Of a DNA stretch of 64,000 nt, positions 40,209 through 50,449 are shown one piece after another (positions within the stretch are counted from its first letter, which is position 1; each line of letters starts with the position of its first letter). Made by a program: the position numbers and the translations under genes. The DNA lies in contig OZ243927.1 in the NCBI GenBank assembly GCA_965213925.1, positions 1,760,001-1,824,000 of the forward strand, in the 5' to 3' direction. The notes beneath the pieces were generated by a model. The model saw nothing but the letters and a program-made list of their open reading frames with translations, was not told the DNA's origin and searched no databases. This stretch comes from Trueperaceae bacterium (GTDB taxonomy: Bacteria; Deinococcota; Deinococci; Deinococcales; Trueperaceae).

Positions 40209-41255
40209 CTACACCCACCCCTTCTCAACCGCGTCTAAAGCATGGTAACTGATAATAAGGTCTGCTCCTGCCCGGCGAATAGAGAGCAAGCTCTCACGCA
40301 CCGCCGCCGCCTCGTCTAACGCGCCCGCCGCCGCCGCCGCTTTGAGCATGGCGTACTCGCCCGAGACGTTGTAGGCGACGACGGGCAGCGTGGTCTGTCT
40401 GCGGAGTTGCGCTAGCACATCCAAGTAGGGCAGCGCGGGCTTGACCATGAGCATGTCCGCGCCTTCGGCTTCGTCTAGGGCAGCTTCGCGCACGGCTTCG
40501 CGTGAGTTCCGGGGGTCCATCTGATAGCCCTGGCGGGTTTTTGGAGGTATCATCTCGTCCTGACCAGATGATACCTGCTTCGGCGCAGAGCCCGCTGCCT
40601 CACGAAACGGTCCATAGAAGGCGGAAGCATACTTGACCGCGTATGAGAGGATACCGACCTCTTCATGTCCCGCGTTATCTAATGCGCTGCGAATAGTGCC
40701 CACGCGCCCGTCCATCATGTCAGAGGGTGAGACCATGTCCGCGCCCGCCTCGGCGTGGACCAAAGACATCTCGGCTAAAGCGGGGAGGCTCGAGTCGTTG
40801 TCCACCTTCAAGCCTCGAGGCGTCTCCTTCAAGAGTCCGCAGTGTCCGTGGTCGGTATAGCCACATAAGCACACGTCGGTGATGAGCACCAAGTCGTCAC
40901 CGAAGGCGCGGCGCGCAGCGCGCAGGGCGTTAGGGACGGGTCCGTGCGGGTCGCGGGCGGCTCCACCTAGAGCGGTTTTTTCGCCTTGCGGAACGACGCC
41001 GAAGAGCACGGCGGATTTGATGCCGGCGTTCAGGGCGCGCTCGAGCTGCCCCAAAAGCGTATCCACGCTGAAGCGCGACACGCCGGGCAGTGCGCCAATC
41101 GGTTGCGCCTCGCCTTCTCCCGGCACGACGAAAAAGGGCATGATGAAGTGCTCGGGGCGTAAAAACGTCTCCGCGACGAGTTCGCGCATGGCGGCGCTCC
41201 CCCTTAGGCGGCGCGGGCGTTCTTTAAGCTGCATTTTCTCTCTCGTTAGCGTCAT
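40209..41255 (-). CDS. hemB: porphobilinogen synthase
   Basis: DVCLC.YT.HGHCG, PSDMMDG, YGPFR, MVKP, SGEY. Confidence 0.97.
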   Translation of the reverse strand: MTLTREKMQLKERPRRLRGSAAMRELVAETFLRPEHFIMPFFVVPGEGEAQPIGALPGVSRFSVDTLLGQLERALNAGIKSAVLFGVVPQGEKTALGGAARDPHGPVPNALRAARRAFGDDLVLITDVCLCGYTDHGHCGLLKETPRGLKVDNDSSLPALAEMSLVHAEAGADMVSPSDMMDGRVGTIRSALDNAGHEEVGILSYAVKYASAFYGPFREAAGSAPKQVSSGQDEMIPPKTRQGYQMDPRNSREAVREAALDEAEGADMLMVKPALPYLDVLAQLRRQTTLPVVAYNVSGEYAMLKAAAAAGALDEAAAVRESLLSIRRAGADLIISYHALDAVEKGWV

Positions 41256-41944
41256 TAGGCGACCTCTTCAACCTCTTCAAACGTTCTTAAAATGGCGTCG
41301 GCATTGGGCGCTTCTGCTTGCACGCACGTCCAACCTCTTAGGACAATTGCTTCGCTCGTGCTCGGTCCTAATGAGATAAGTTTAACGCGCTTTCCGACCT
41401 TCTCGGGTAGCGCCTCGGCAGCGGAAGGGCTCGCGAGCACCACGGCGTCCACCTCTTGTTCTATTCGCCACGGGCAGGTCGCGGTTTCGTAGATTGTCAC
41501 GGAGGAAGTTTGGACACCGTGCGCCTCCAACCTCTCCTGCAGCGTTTTGAGTGAGCGGTTGCCTTGGGGCAAGCCTGCGCTGCCTCTAACCTCTTGTCGT
41601 AAAAAAGCGTCGGCTAAGCCTTCCGCGTTTTGCGGTTCTCCGGTGAGCGAGACTTTACCGCCGAAAGAATAGACAGCTCGAGCCGTCTTCTCGCCCACCA
41701 CGCCGACGTTCGGGTGGATGTTTCGAAACGGTAGACCTAGAGCGTGCCACGCTTCTACCGCATTGGGGCTAGTAAAGAGGAGCCAATCATAAGAGAGCAG
41801 CTTCTCGGCTCGACCTCTTACCTCTTCGCTCGTAAGAGGTTGCGTGCGGATGAGCGGCTGGCAAATAACCTCATGCCCGCATGACGTGAGCGCGTCGGCT
41901 AGCCCTGCCAAACGCCCTTCGGATTGGGTCAGCGCAATTTTCAT
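41255..41944 (-). CDS. hemD: uroporphyrinogen-III synthase
   Basis: FTSPNAV, VGEKTA, IYET, ASPSAA, GP.T; operon context. Confidence 0.92.
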   Translation of the reverse strand: MKIALTQSEGRLAGLADALTSCGHEVICQPLIRTQPLTSEEVRGRAEKLLSYDWLLFTSPNAVEAWHALGLPFRNIHPNVGVVGEKTARAVYSFGGKVSLTGEPQNAEGLADAFLRQEVRGSAGLPQGNRSLKTLQERLEAHGVQTSSVTIYETATCPWRIEQEVDAVVLASPSAAEALPEKVGKRVKLISLGPSTSEAIVLRGWTCVQAEAPNADAILRTFEEVEEVA

Positions 41945-41947
41945 ACC

Positions 41948-42844
41948 TTACGAGGTGACTTTGGGAGCAGGACGCCCTAACGCTTCGTAAGCCAAGAACG
42001 CCGCGCCTTCTGAAGATGGATGAGAGACGGTGACGCGCTCCCCCTCATACCAGGCGCTCAGCTCAATCTCGCCATTTTTGAGAACGCCGTGTGCGCCTAG
42101 AGCGAGCTGACAGCCGCCCTGGAGCATCGCCATGAGCCCGCGCTCGGCGGCGACGACCTTATACGCCTCCACCGAGTGAAGCTCGGTCAGCACGGAGGCT
42201 AACTCGAAGTCGTCGCGGCGGCACTCGAGCGCTAACACCCCCTGCGCGGGCGCGGGCACGAACAGCTCGGGTGAGAGAAAGCGCACCTCCAAATCGGAGA
42301 GGTCGAGGTCTAAACGCGCTAACCCTGCCGCCGCCAACACAACCGCGTCGTACTGAGCGTCGCGAAGTTTTTGCACTCGCGTCGGCACGTTGCCACGCAG
42401 CTCCCTAACCTCCAAGTCGGGGCGGAGGTAGAGGAGTTGCGCCTGCCTACGGGCGGCGCTCGTGCCTACTTTGGCGTTTTCTTTGAGGGGTAAATCGGCT
42501 GCGTCCAGGTCAAAAGCGTCCGGTCGGACGAGAAGTACGTCGCGCGGGTCTTCGCGCCCACTGATGGCGGCGATTTCCAAGCCCGGCATCGGCGCGCTCG
42601 GCAGGTCTTTATGCGAGTGAACCGCGACGTCCGCCTCGTTCGCGTTGACCGCGTCTTGCACCGCTTTGGTGAAGAATCCCTGCCCTTGCATCAGCTTGAA
42701 CGCATCCTGCTCCTTATCCCCTTGCGTCTCGATGAGGACGAGGTCGGTGGTGTGACCTAGCGACTCGAGCCTCGCCTTGACCCAGTTCGCCTGCCAGAGC
42801 GCCAGGTCACTCTTGCGCGTCGCGATGCGCACGGGTCTACTCAC
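41948..42844 (-). CDS. hemC: hydroxymethylbilane synthase (catalytic residues intact)
   Basis: ATR.S.LAL.Q, VHSHKD, GTSAARR, RGNV.TR, GGC. Confidence 0.97.
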   Translation of the reverse strand: MSRPVRIATRKSDLALWQANWVKARLESLGHTTDLVLIETQGDKEQDAFKLMQGQGFFTKAVQDAVNANEADVAVHSHKDLPSAPMPGLEIAAISGREDPRDVLLVRPDAFDLDAADLPLKENAKVGTSAARRQAQLLYLRPDLEVRELRGNVPTRVQKLRDAQYDAVVLAAAGLARLDLDLSDLEVRFLSPELFVPAPAQGVLALECRRDDFELASVLTELHSVEAYKVVAAERGLMAMLQGGCQLALGAHGVLKNGEIELSAWYEGERVTVSHPSSEGAAFLAYEALGRPAPKVTS

Positions 42845-44024
42845 GGCGTCCCTCCGCTAAGCCCGCTTCCGTCAAGAAGGTCTTCGCCGCCTCTAAGCCG
42901 TGCTCTCTCGCCACCGCGCGCAGACCCTTGATCGGCACGTGCGCGAACTTGTGTGCCAGCTTTTCCGCGTCCTCTTTCGGGAGGGAGTCACCGATGGTCG
43001 CCAGGTACATCTCGCGTAACCTTTTGATCGAGGGTCCGAGTTGCCGCTCGGTCCAGTTGGATAGAGCGGCGTCCAGCTCGAGCTGGACGATCCTCTCCGC
43101 TTCAGCGAACTTGTGCGCCAGCGCGCCGCGCCGCCCCTGGCTGGCGCTCTGCAACGTGTCCACGTTCAGCACGAACAGCGCGCGGGCTTTCGCCGCCGCG
43201 CGGTTCACGTTGCGCGGGATGCCTAAGTCCACGGCGATGCTGAGGTTGGGGAGCTTCTCCAGCAGCGCTTCATCCACTAAGTCTTTGACGGGCGTGGCGC
43301 AGATGAGGGCGTCTACGTCAGGCGGCTGCGCCAGGAAGTCGGCTAGGGAGAGGCTCGAGACGCATATGCCCTTCTCGTTCGGGCTCGAGAGGTGCTTAGA
43401 GAGTTGTTGCGCTCGCTCGGGGTTGCGGTTCACGATGACGAGGTCCGTACCCGCGCGGCTCGCCAGCGTCTTCGCGGCGAGCGTCCCCATCTCGCCTGCA
43501 CCGATGATGGCGACCTTCGCCTGGTCCGGCAGGCGCTTCTCCAACTCGGGGCGCGCTAAGCTAAACAAAGAGGTGTTGAGAGGCGCGAGCGCGACCTCGC
43601 GGCGCACTTTCTTCGCGGTGCGTAGCGCCATGTGGAACGCGAACGAGGTCCGAGGTCCGGTCGTCCCCGCGTCTTGCGCCGCCCTAAACGCTTCACGGAC
43701 TTGCGCCATAATCTGGTCTTCGCCGGGGTTTAAGGAGTCGAGCGAGGCGGCGACGCGCGTGATCTGCTCCAACGCGCCGTCTTCAACATAAGCGTAAGGG
43801 CGCACGCTCTGACCCGGCGGCGTGAGGATATCTCTTGCGCCATTCAGAGTCATGCCGCCCGGTAAGACGACGACTAAGTCCCAGCGGTTGCAGGTGACGA
43901 TAGCGACGTGTTCGGCGAAACCTAGCTCTGCTAAGACCTCCGGGGTGAAGGTGGTTTGCCACGCCTCGAGCGCCGCCGCGCCGCCACGACGGTGTGAGAC
44001 GCCTATGAGTGCGAGTCTGTTCAC
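42837..44024 (-). CDS. hemA: glutamyl-tRNA reductase
   Basis: TCNR, LDS..PGEDQI..Q, GAGEM, DLG.PRN. Confidence 0.95.
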   Translation of the reverse strand: MNRLALIGVSHRRGGAAALEAWQTTFTPEVLAELGFAEHVAIVTCNRWDLVVVLPGGMTLNGARDILTPPGQSVRPYAYVEDGALEQITRVAASLDSLNPGEDQIMAQVREAFRAAQDAGTTGPRTSFAFHMALRTAKKVRREVALAPLNTSLFSLARPELEKRLPDQAKVAIIGAGEMGTLAAKTLASRAGTDLVIVNRNPERAQQLSKHLSSPNEKGICVSSLSLADFLAQPPDVDALICATPVKDLVDEALLEKLPNLSIAVDLGIPRNVNRAAAKARALFVLNVDTLQSASQGRRGALAHKFAEAERIVQLELDAALSNWTERQLGPSIKRLREMYLATIGDSLPKEDAEKLAHKFAHVPIKGLRAVAREHGLEAAKTFLTEAGLAEGRRE

Positions 44025-44099
44025 ACCTTTTATTTTATTCGGAATGATTCTGAAAGAGTGTCATAGAAGTGTCAAAATCAAAATATAGAGAAACAATCT

Positions 44100-45221
44100 T
44101 TAGAACAAAATCATTGAAGGCAGCCTCTTCTCAAACTCTTTCTCCCATTCCTTGGGAGCTTCAAAGGTTACAAATGCAGGCAATCGCGCCTCCATAAATT
44201 TGTTGCCGTTTTCTACACACTCACAAAGATAGTTGGCGCATCTATTGATTAGAAAGGGTTGCCGAAAGAGATGAAGTAGGGTACTCAACATATACTGTGC
44301 CACGAAACTCTGATGTTCCATATCGTCACTTTGCAGTTTTTTCCACACGATTTGTTCAAGCTTACTTTTGCTTTGTGGAGAAAGATATTCTGCTATATTA
44401 GAAATCCAGGTTGCATCAGTATTGCTAGTATACTTGCTTTCCGGTTCGTAAGTAGCACCTTCGACAGCCTCAATAAGTGCGTTCTCGGCTCTAAGACGAG
44501 GCATCTTTTGAATTCTAGGCCATAGATATGCAGGCAGTACTTTGACGGCTAGACTTATCTCGTATTCTTCCTGTACCTGCTGTAACTCGTCAGAAACAAC
44601 AAGAAGAAATTCATCAACTTCGTTTTCGGACAGCCTCTTCAACAAAATTTCTATTACAGGCTGAAAATTATCAGACTGCAGCCAAGTCTTCTGTCTGTAA
44701 AGTTCTATAATTGTGTCACTACGTTTTCGCACAGGAATTTTTTGAACCAATTCCTCAACGTAGTCTTGGTCTCTAACAAAGTACCTATCGGTTACCAACG
44801 AGATAAAACCCTCTATTGTGAATGACTGCTGGGATTCACCTAGAAAGTCCAGAAGATGATTTAGAAAAAGGATTATCGTGTCTGCTGTTTTCTTTGTGTC
44901 CTCTACTCGTTCGTGGCTACGAGGATTGCGGACGAAGGAATACATGCCCTTTAGCAACTCTTGAAGACCTATCTGTATATTTTTCTCGGTATCAGTCTGA
45001 AGCTTATTGACCTGAATTCTCGGCGATTTGCCCTTGCCAAAACCTAATGCTGCGCCGACAAGCTCTTTGCCATCGCCATCCAAACCTGACTTATCGCGAA
45101 GAACGTCAGTCAGAAAGCTCATTGCATCCTTAATTGCGTTCGTGTAGTTCTCCGACGTGTACGAGCCTTCGATAGCTACCCACAGTTCAGAGCTAATTTG
45201 CGTCTCGAGATTAACGTTAAT
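44100..45221 (-). CDS. TIGR02391/Ymh-like HEPN-domain protein; likely start upstream of the ORF-track ATG
   Basis: R.KSGL.GDG..LVG.A.G and RNPRSH (R-x4-H). AT-rich. In-frame N-terminal extension NLETQISSELW..YTNAIKDA. Confidence 0.75.
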   Translation of the reverse strand: MNVNLETQISSELWVAIEGSYTSENYTNAIKDAMSFLTDVLRDKSGLDGDGKELVGAALGFGKGKSPRIQVNKLQTDTEKNIQIGLQELLKGMYSFVRNPRSHERVEDTKKTADTIILFLNHLLDFLGESQQSFTIEGFISLVTDRYFVRDQDYVEELVQKIPVRKRSDTIIELYRQKTWLQSDNFQPVIEILLKRLSENEVDEFLLVVSDELQQVQEEYEISLAVKVLPAYLWPRIQKMPRLRAENALIEAVEGATYEPESKYTSNTDATWISNIAEYLSPQSKSKLEQIVWKKLQSDDMEHQSFVAQYMLSTLLHLFRQPFLINRCANYLCECVENGNKFMEARLPAFVTFEAPKEWEKEFEKRLPSMILF

Positions 45222-45288
45222 AGCAGACTCCAGAAGGCGAAGTTAGTTGACTCATCTTAACTCAAAGAAGTCTGTTGGGCTGTTATCG

Positions 45289-45900
45289 TCAGCTTCCGAA
45301 TGCTAATGTTTTCTTCGCCCACTCGAGCAACCCCTCCGCCGCCCGCCCTCTATGGCTCACGCGCCGCTTCTCCTCGCTCGTCGCCTCAGCAAAGCCCTTC
45401 TCCAAGTCGTAGCTGTAAAAAACGGGGTCGTAACCAAAGCCTTCCCGACCTCTTGGCGCAGATAGAATCTCACCTTCGCAAACGCCTTCGAATGAGTTGA
45501 CCTCTCCTCCTGGCGAAATCAGCACGAGGCTACAGACGAAGCGTGCGCCGCGCTTTTTCTCAGGTACGTCGCGAAGTTTGTCCAAAAGATAGGTGACACG
45601 TTCCGCAGGGGAGAGGTCGCCGCCGAATCTGGCGGAGTAGAGTCCGGGCTCGCCGTTTAGGGCGTCGACTTCTAAGCCGGAATCGTCCGCCAATGTGAAA
45701 GCGTCCATCTGCGAGGCAATGATTTGAGAAGCAACGTGCTTAGCTTTGATAAGGGCGTTTTCTCGGTAGCTTTGACCCGTTTCCTCAGGAAACTCCGTGA
45801 CGCCGACCTCTTTCGCGGAGACGATTTCTGTATTGAGTTCTGCTAAAATCTCCCGAAACTCCGCCACTTTTCCCGCGTTGCCCGTCGCTAACACGATCAT
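45289..45900 (-). CDS. rdgB: non-canonical purine NTP pyrophosphatase
   Basis: ATGNAGK..E, ADDSGL, GFGYDP.F, SHR. Confidence 0.96.
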   Translation of the reverse strand: MIVLATGNAGKVAEFREILAELNTEIVSAKEVGVTEFPEETGQSYRENALIKAKHVASQIIASQMDAFTLADDSGLEVDALNGEPGLYSARFGGDLSPAERVTYLLDKLRDVPEKKRGARFVCSLVLISPGGEVNSFEGVCEGEILSAPRGREGFGYDPVFYSYDLEKGFAEATSEEKRRVSHRGRAAEGLLEWAKKTLAFGS

Positions 45901-46640
45901 CCCAAATCGCTCCGAATACGCTCAAAAATACGCTGCACGGCGGTGATACCCGAGGCGACGAGTTGCACGTAGGTCTCGGCGGGGATAGGTCTCTCTTCGC
46001 CGCCCCCTTGTACCTCGACAAGTTGTCCGTCGGCGGTGGCGATGACGTTCAAGTCCACCTCGGCGCGGCTGTCCTCACTGTACTCGAGGTCTACTAAGGA
46101 TACGCCTCCTACCACCCCGACGCTCACCGCACCGAGTTCGTGGGTGAGGGGCCATTCGTCTAAACTCCCCTTACGAATGAGTTTATTTGCCGCGTCGTGC
46201 AGAGCAGCGTAGCCCGCTAAGATGCCCGCGCAGCGCGTGCCGCCGTCCGCCTCGATCACGTCGATATCGACCGTCAGAGTTTTGCCGTTAAAGAGCGTCA
46301 AGTCGGTGACGCTGCGCAGAGCGCGCCCGATGAGCCGCTGAATCTCCTGCGTTCGTCCGCCCGAATAGAGCCGTTCGCGCTGGACTCGTTCGGGTGTACT
46401 GCGCGGTAAAAGGGCGTATTCGGCGGTGAGCCAGCCGCTTTTGTTGCCTTTACCGCGCAGGTGCGGCGGCAGTTTGCTCTCTATCGTCACGGTAGCAATC
46501 ACGCGGTTATGACCCCACTCGACGAGCGCGGAGCCCTCGGCGTGGCGGCTGTAGCTGGGCGTGAGCTTGATGCCCCGGAGTTGCCCCGGACCTCTATCTG
46601 AGCGCGCACGCGCTCCTTGGGTCTCTTGTGGCGGCGTCAT
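45897..46640 (-). CDS. rph: ribonuclease PH
   Basis: GWLTAEY.LLP.ST, GRTQEIQRLIGR.LR, ADGGTR, DL.Y.ED. Confidence 0.96.
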   Translation of the reverse strand: MTPPQETQGARARSDRGPGQLRGIKLTPSYSRHAEGSALVEWGHNRVIATVTIESKLPPHLRGKGNKSGWLTAEYALLPRSTPERVQRERLYSGGRTQEIQRLIGRALRSVTDLTLFNGKTLTVDIDVIEADGGTRCAGILAGYAALHDAANKLIRKGSLDEWPLTHELGAVSVGVVGGVSLVDLEYSEDSRAEVDLNVIATADGQLVEVQGGGEERPIPAETYVQLVASGITAVQRIFERIRSDLG

Positions 46641-47004
46641 CGCACCGTCGACCTACGAGTCAACTGGTGCGTCAATTTGTGGTTGAAACGCTTCGGCTGA
46701 GGGGTTCCGAGCCCCGCTAACGTTGGAGAGTATAGAACACGCATGGCCCAAGCCTATCACTTGGAGGCTCGCCAACCTCTAGCCACGCCACTACACCCCG
46801 CTGCATTGCCCCTCTCTACCTGAAGGTTGGATGAACGCTCCATGTGACAAATTACCCATGCTCTTAAACGTTAGAAAGGTAACTTTAGAACTAGGAGAAC
46901 GTGCTGTGTAAGTTTTTCCTCTTGCGTCGTCCGCCAGGAGCGGGATGCTAGAGGATATACAACATGTAGCGCGGCTAAAAACCGTGCGCCAGAGGAGAAC
47001 CGTT

Positions 47005-48285
47005 ATGAAATACTTCTTGAACCTTTTGGGACCTGTGGGTAAGCTCACCCCCTTTATCCTCAGCCTCGTTCTGCTCGCCGCTTGCAGCAGCGTTCAGCCT
47101 GGGTTGCCAGCTACCCCGACGACAGATACCTATACTCACTCTTTGAGCGTCGACATTGACGCCTCGAGCCTCAAAGCAGAGGTCGAAGCGCGCTATGGCG
47201 GCGACGTTATCGTGTGGCGTCCCGAAGCGGGCTTCGCGGTTTTAGGACTGAGTGGAAAGAGCGCGCTCAGCACACAAGCTTTAGAGGGCGCGGTTATCGA
47301 ACCTAACCAGGACGAAGTCGCTGCGCCCGAAGCGGAGGTGGCGGCCTCGAGTGTGTGGGGTGGGGGAGAAAATGTTTGGTCCGGTGGGGAAAATGTTTGG
47401 TCCGGTGGAACTGACGCCATCTCAGAACCTACCCTGTCCCGGCAAAACGCCGATATTTGGTGGCAGGTCAACCTCGGCGGCGGTCTCGCATTAGCGCCGC
47501 GCAAAGGCTCGGGTGTCAAAGTTGCTGTGATCGACAGCGGCATCGACTTGCACCACCCTGCCTTTTCCAACCGCCTCGCCCCGCGTCACGAGTGGAAAGA
47601 CTTTGTCGACGGTGACACCTACCCTCAAGAGGAGCGCTCAGCGGAGGGCGAGAGCGGCAACTACGGTCACGGTACGGGCGTCGCGGGCATTGTTTTACAG
47701 GTGGCACCTAACGCGACGATTTTGCCCTTACGTGTGCTTGGCGCTGAAGGTATAGGGGATATCACCGACGTGGCGGCGGCGATAGACCACGCCCTCGCGT
47801 GGGGCGCGGACGTCATCAACCTCTCGCTAGGCACGAACGAGGACTCCGAGGTGCTCAACCGGATGCTCGCGCTGGCTGCCGAACGCAGAGTACTTATCAC
47901 CGCGTCGTCGGGCAATACGGGCGACGGCAACATTACCTATCCCGCTCGCAACGCTCGCGTCGGCGTAAAAGGAGGCGCGTACTTGCTGAGCGTCGGTAGC
48001 GTGAACGCCTACAACGCGCTTTCCACCTTCTCCACCTACGGCGAAGCGTTGGAGATGACCGCGCCCGGCGAATTCGTCTACACCGCTTTTCCCGATAACC
48101 GAGTCGGCTATTGGAGCGGCACGTCGTTCTCTGCCCCGATGGTGGCGGGCACCGTCGCCCTAGTTTTGGGGGAAGAAAGGGACGAAAAGGACGTGGCTAA
48201 AAAGTTGGACGAGCTTGTGAGAAACCACAGCTTGTATTACGTTCGTCTCAACGTCAGAGATTTTGTAGGCTGGGTCCTTGACTGA
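47005..48285 (+). CDS. S8 subtilisin-like serine peptidase, lipoprotein
   Basis: Lipobox LAAC; VIDSG, HGT.VAG and GTSFSAP triad; ATG 47005 after GAGGAG. Confidence 0.93.
   Translation: MKYFLNLLGPVGKLTPFILSLVLLAACSSVQPGLPATPTTDTYTHSLSVDIDASSLKAEVEARYGGDVIVWRPEAGFAVLGLSGKSALSTQALEGAVIEPNQDEVAAPEAEVAASSVWGGGENVWSGGENVWSGGTDAISEPTLSRQNADIWWQVNLGGGLALAPRKGSGVKVAVIDSGIDLHHPAFSNRLAPRHEWKDFVDGDTYPQEERSAEGESGNYGHGTGVAGIVLQVAPNATILPLRVLGAEGIGDITDVAAAIDHALAWGADVINLSLGTNEDSEVLNRMLALAAERRVLITASSGNTGDGNITYPARNARVGVKGGAYLLSVGSVNAYNALSTFSTYGEALEMTAPGEFVYTAFPDNRVGYWSGTSFSAPMVAGTVALVLGEERDEKDVAKKLDELVRNHSLYYVRLNVRDFVGWVLD
47352..47409 (+). repeat. 21-bp tandem repeat encoding VW(G/S)GGEN
   Basis: Protein reads VWGGGENVWSGGENVWSGG. 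Confidence 0.8.
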
Positions 48286-48309
48286 TCGGCTAAGCCGCCA
48301 CGCTTGCAT

Positions 48310-50130
48310 TTAGCGCTTGACCTGATCTTTGCCGCCACGCTTGGCCTCGTACATCTTGTCGTCCGCGAGGCTGAGCATCTTTTCGTAGTCGAGCACTCGA
48401 ATATCATCCGTAAGCCCTATGCTCGCGGTGACCTGCAGGTCAGGATGCACGCTCCCCCAGGGGTAGGTTCTAATAGCGCGCCAAATCCGCTCGCAGATGA
48501 TGCTGGCTTCGTCTGCCGAGGTTTCGGGGAAGTAGCCGACAAATTCCTCACCGCCGTAGCGAGCGACCGTATCGATTTCGCGCACGCTGTTATGGAGAAG
48601 CTGCGCAACCGCCCGGAGCACCTCGTCGCCAACACGATGTGAAAATCTGTCGTTGATCTTTTTGAAGTCGTCGAGGTCGCAGATCACGACGCTGAGGTTG
48701 AGTCCGAAGCGGCGCGCGCGGGCGAACTCCTGCGCGAGCTGGATGTCGAAGTGGCGGCGGTTATAGAGACCCGTCAGGGCGTCCTCTCGCGCTTGCTGCT
48801 CGAGCTGGCTTAGAAGCTGCGACTTTTGATGGTTAGCGCGCTGCAGCGACTCAGTTAGTACCCTGAGCCCCTCGTTCGCTTGTGCTAGCTCCACATTTCG
48901 AAGGCGATAGATTTCCGTTTCTTTCTCGGCTTGCTCGATTTCAAACTGGACGCGCAGACTTTGGAGCTTGAGGTCTGAACTTTCGTTAAAAACTTTGTCT
49001 TTTGCTTCGATGTAGCGTTGCAGGTGCTCGAGCGCTTCGCGAAATACCCCTTTACGCCAGTACACCTCGGCGAGCGTTTCGTGCGTTTTGTAAATAACAG
49101 CCTGACTGCTAATTTGGTGAGCATATGCTAATGCTTCGTGGAGTGATGCGGTAGCTTCATCGTAGCGTTCCTCCTCTGACCACACTTGCGCTAGGAAAAC
49201 CTGAGTTTGTGCCCGACCTTTTAAGTCACCCGCTTCTTCTTTGATAGCTAAACTCTGCTTTAGAAATGCTTCAGCTTCCCTAAATTGCGCTAGTTCAAGA
49301 TGGGTTTGTCCCAAATGATCAAGTACAAAACTTTCGCCTAAACGATTTTCTAAAGTGTCCATCTGTTTCAAGCTTTTATCGCCGTAAGTACGTGCTTGTT
49401 CATAGTTACCAAGCTTGAGATAAGTGCGACCGATGTTACACAGACTAAATGCTTGAGTATATCTTTCTTCCGCAGCCTCACTAATTGCTAAACACTGCAA
49501 AAAGTACTTGAGCGCTTCGGAGTAACGTTTACGCTCGTAATAGATTGTACCCACATTATGTAGCGCTTCAACCTCTCCTGTGCGGTCGTCCAGCTCTCTG
49601 AAGAGCCGTAGGCTCCGTAAGTGATAGTCTAGAGCGTTGGCATAGTCGCCTATAAAAGCGTAGATTGTACCAATATTATTAAGTGTTCCCGCTTCGCCTC
49701 GAGCGTCGTCCAATTCAGCACACAGCTTCTGCGCCTCTAAAAACACCTTGAGCGCCCCCAAGAGGTCGCCCGTATCGCCGTAAATAATACCCAGAGTATT
49801 AAGCGCTCGCTGCAACCCTTCTCTATCTTTAAGCTGTTCAAAAAAGGTGCGCGCCTCCACCACGTTTGCGAGGGCGTCCTCGAGTTGCGAGAGGCGCATC
49901 TGGCAGTAGCCCTTCGTGAGCAGGCTGTAAGCTAAGCCTTGTGTATGTCGCAAGTCTCTGGCTAGCGCGTGGGCTTCTTGGCTCAACTCTAACGCCCGCC
50001 TCGTATCGACACGTCGCAACTCCCAAGCTAGCTCGCTGAGGAGTTCCAGGCGAGCCGCCGAATTTTCGTTCGTGACTCGCGTGAGGTTGTCCTCTAAATT
50101 CTTGACGCGCTCGGCTTGTTCGGTGTTCAT
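48310..50130 (-). CDS. TPR-repeat diguanylate cyclase
   Basis: Multiple TPR repeats, DALTGLYNRR, RxxD I-site (REID), GGEEF. Start re-called at 50130. Confidence 0.93.
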   Translation of the reverse strand: MNTEQAERVKNLEDNLTRVTNENSAARLELLSELAWELRRVDTRRALELSQEAHALARDLRHTQGLAYSLLTKGYCQMRLSQLEDALANVVEARTFFEQLKDREGLQRALNTLGIIYGDTGDLLGALKVFLEAQKLCAELDDARGEAGTLNNIGTIYAFIGDYANALDYHLRSLRLFRELDDRTGEVEALHNVGTIYYERKRYSEALKYFLQCLAISEAAEERYTQAFSLCNIGRTYLKLGNYEQARTYGDKSLKQMDTLENRLGESFVLDHLGQTHLELAQFREAEAFLKQSLAIKEEAGDLKGRAQTQVFLAQVWSEEERYDEATASLHEALAYAHQISSQAVIYKTHETLAEVYWRKGVFREALEHLQRYIEAKDKVFNESSDLKLQSLRVQFEIEQAEKETEIYRLRNVELAQANEGLRVLTESLQRANHQKSQLLSQLEQQAREDALTGLYNRRHFDIQLAQEFARARRFGLNLSVVICDLDDFKKINDRFSHRVGDEVLRAVAQLLHNSVREIDTVARYGGEEFVGYFPETSADEASIICERIWRAIRTYPWGSVHPDLQVTASIGLTDDIRVLDYEKMLSLADDKMYEAKRGGKDQVKR

Positions 50131-50363
50131 GAAGTATGCATCGCCCCTCACTTTTAGTGTATCTCGCTTTTCTCGAGAATGAAAGTCCGCAAAAACCAAA
50201 CCCTCTAGGGGCGCTCTCGCTACTAAACTGAGGCAGAAAAGACGGACTCGTTTAAAGCCTGAAGTGAATAGGGTTCGACTTCCGTGGTGTGGTCGTCTGG
50301 TCTAAAAATGTCCTGCGTGACGACCTCGTCAAGCCTCCCCTAATTTATGATGTACCCCACCGC

Positions 50364-50420
50364 TTGACAGAGACGCGCGTCTTTACCTATACTGAGCTTA
50401 CCTTATTTATTAAGGTAAGC
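50364..50420 (+). promoter_or_regulatory. sigma70-type promoter plus palindromic operator of the lexA-like gene
   Basis: TTGACA-18 nt-TATACT followed by GCTTACCTTA-TTTAT-TAAGGTAAGC (perfect 10-bp inverted repeat). Confidence 0.8.
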
Positions 50421-50449
50421 ACGAGGCTAAAGAAGGAGACTGTGGAGCT

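Noticed and set aside
42928..43791. Long antisense ORFs (287 aa here; also 38070-38864 and 25964-26626)
   Set aside because: Shadow frames opposite well-supported genes, expected in GC-rich DNA.
46860..46885. AAAGGTA as another LexA-box site upstream of the S8 peptidase
   Set aside because: Only a partial half-site with no matching left arm.
50268..50300. GGTTCGACT resembling a tRNA T-loop
   Set aside because: No cloverleaf or acceptor stem around it.
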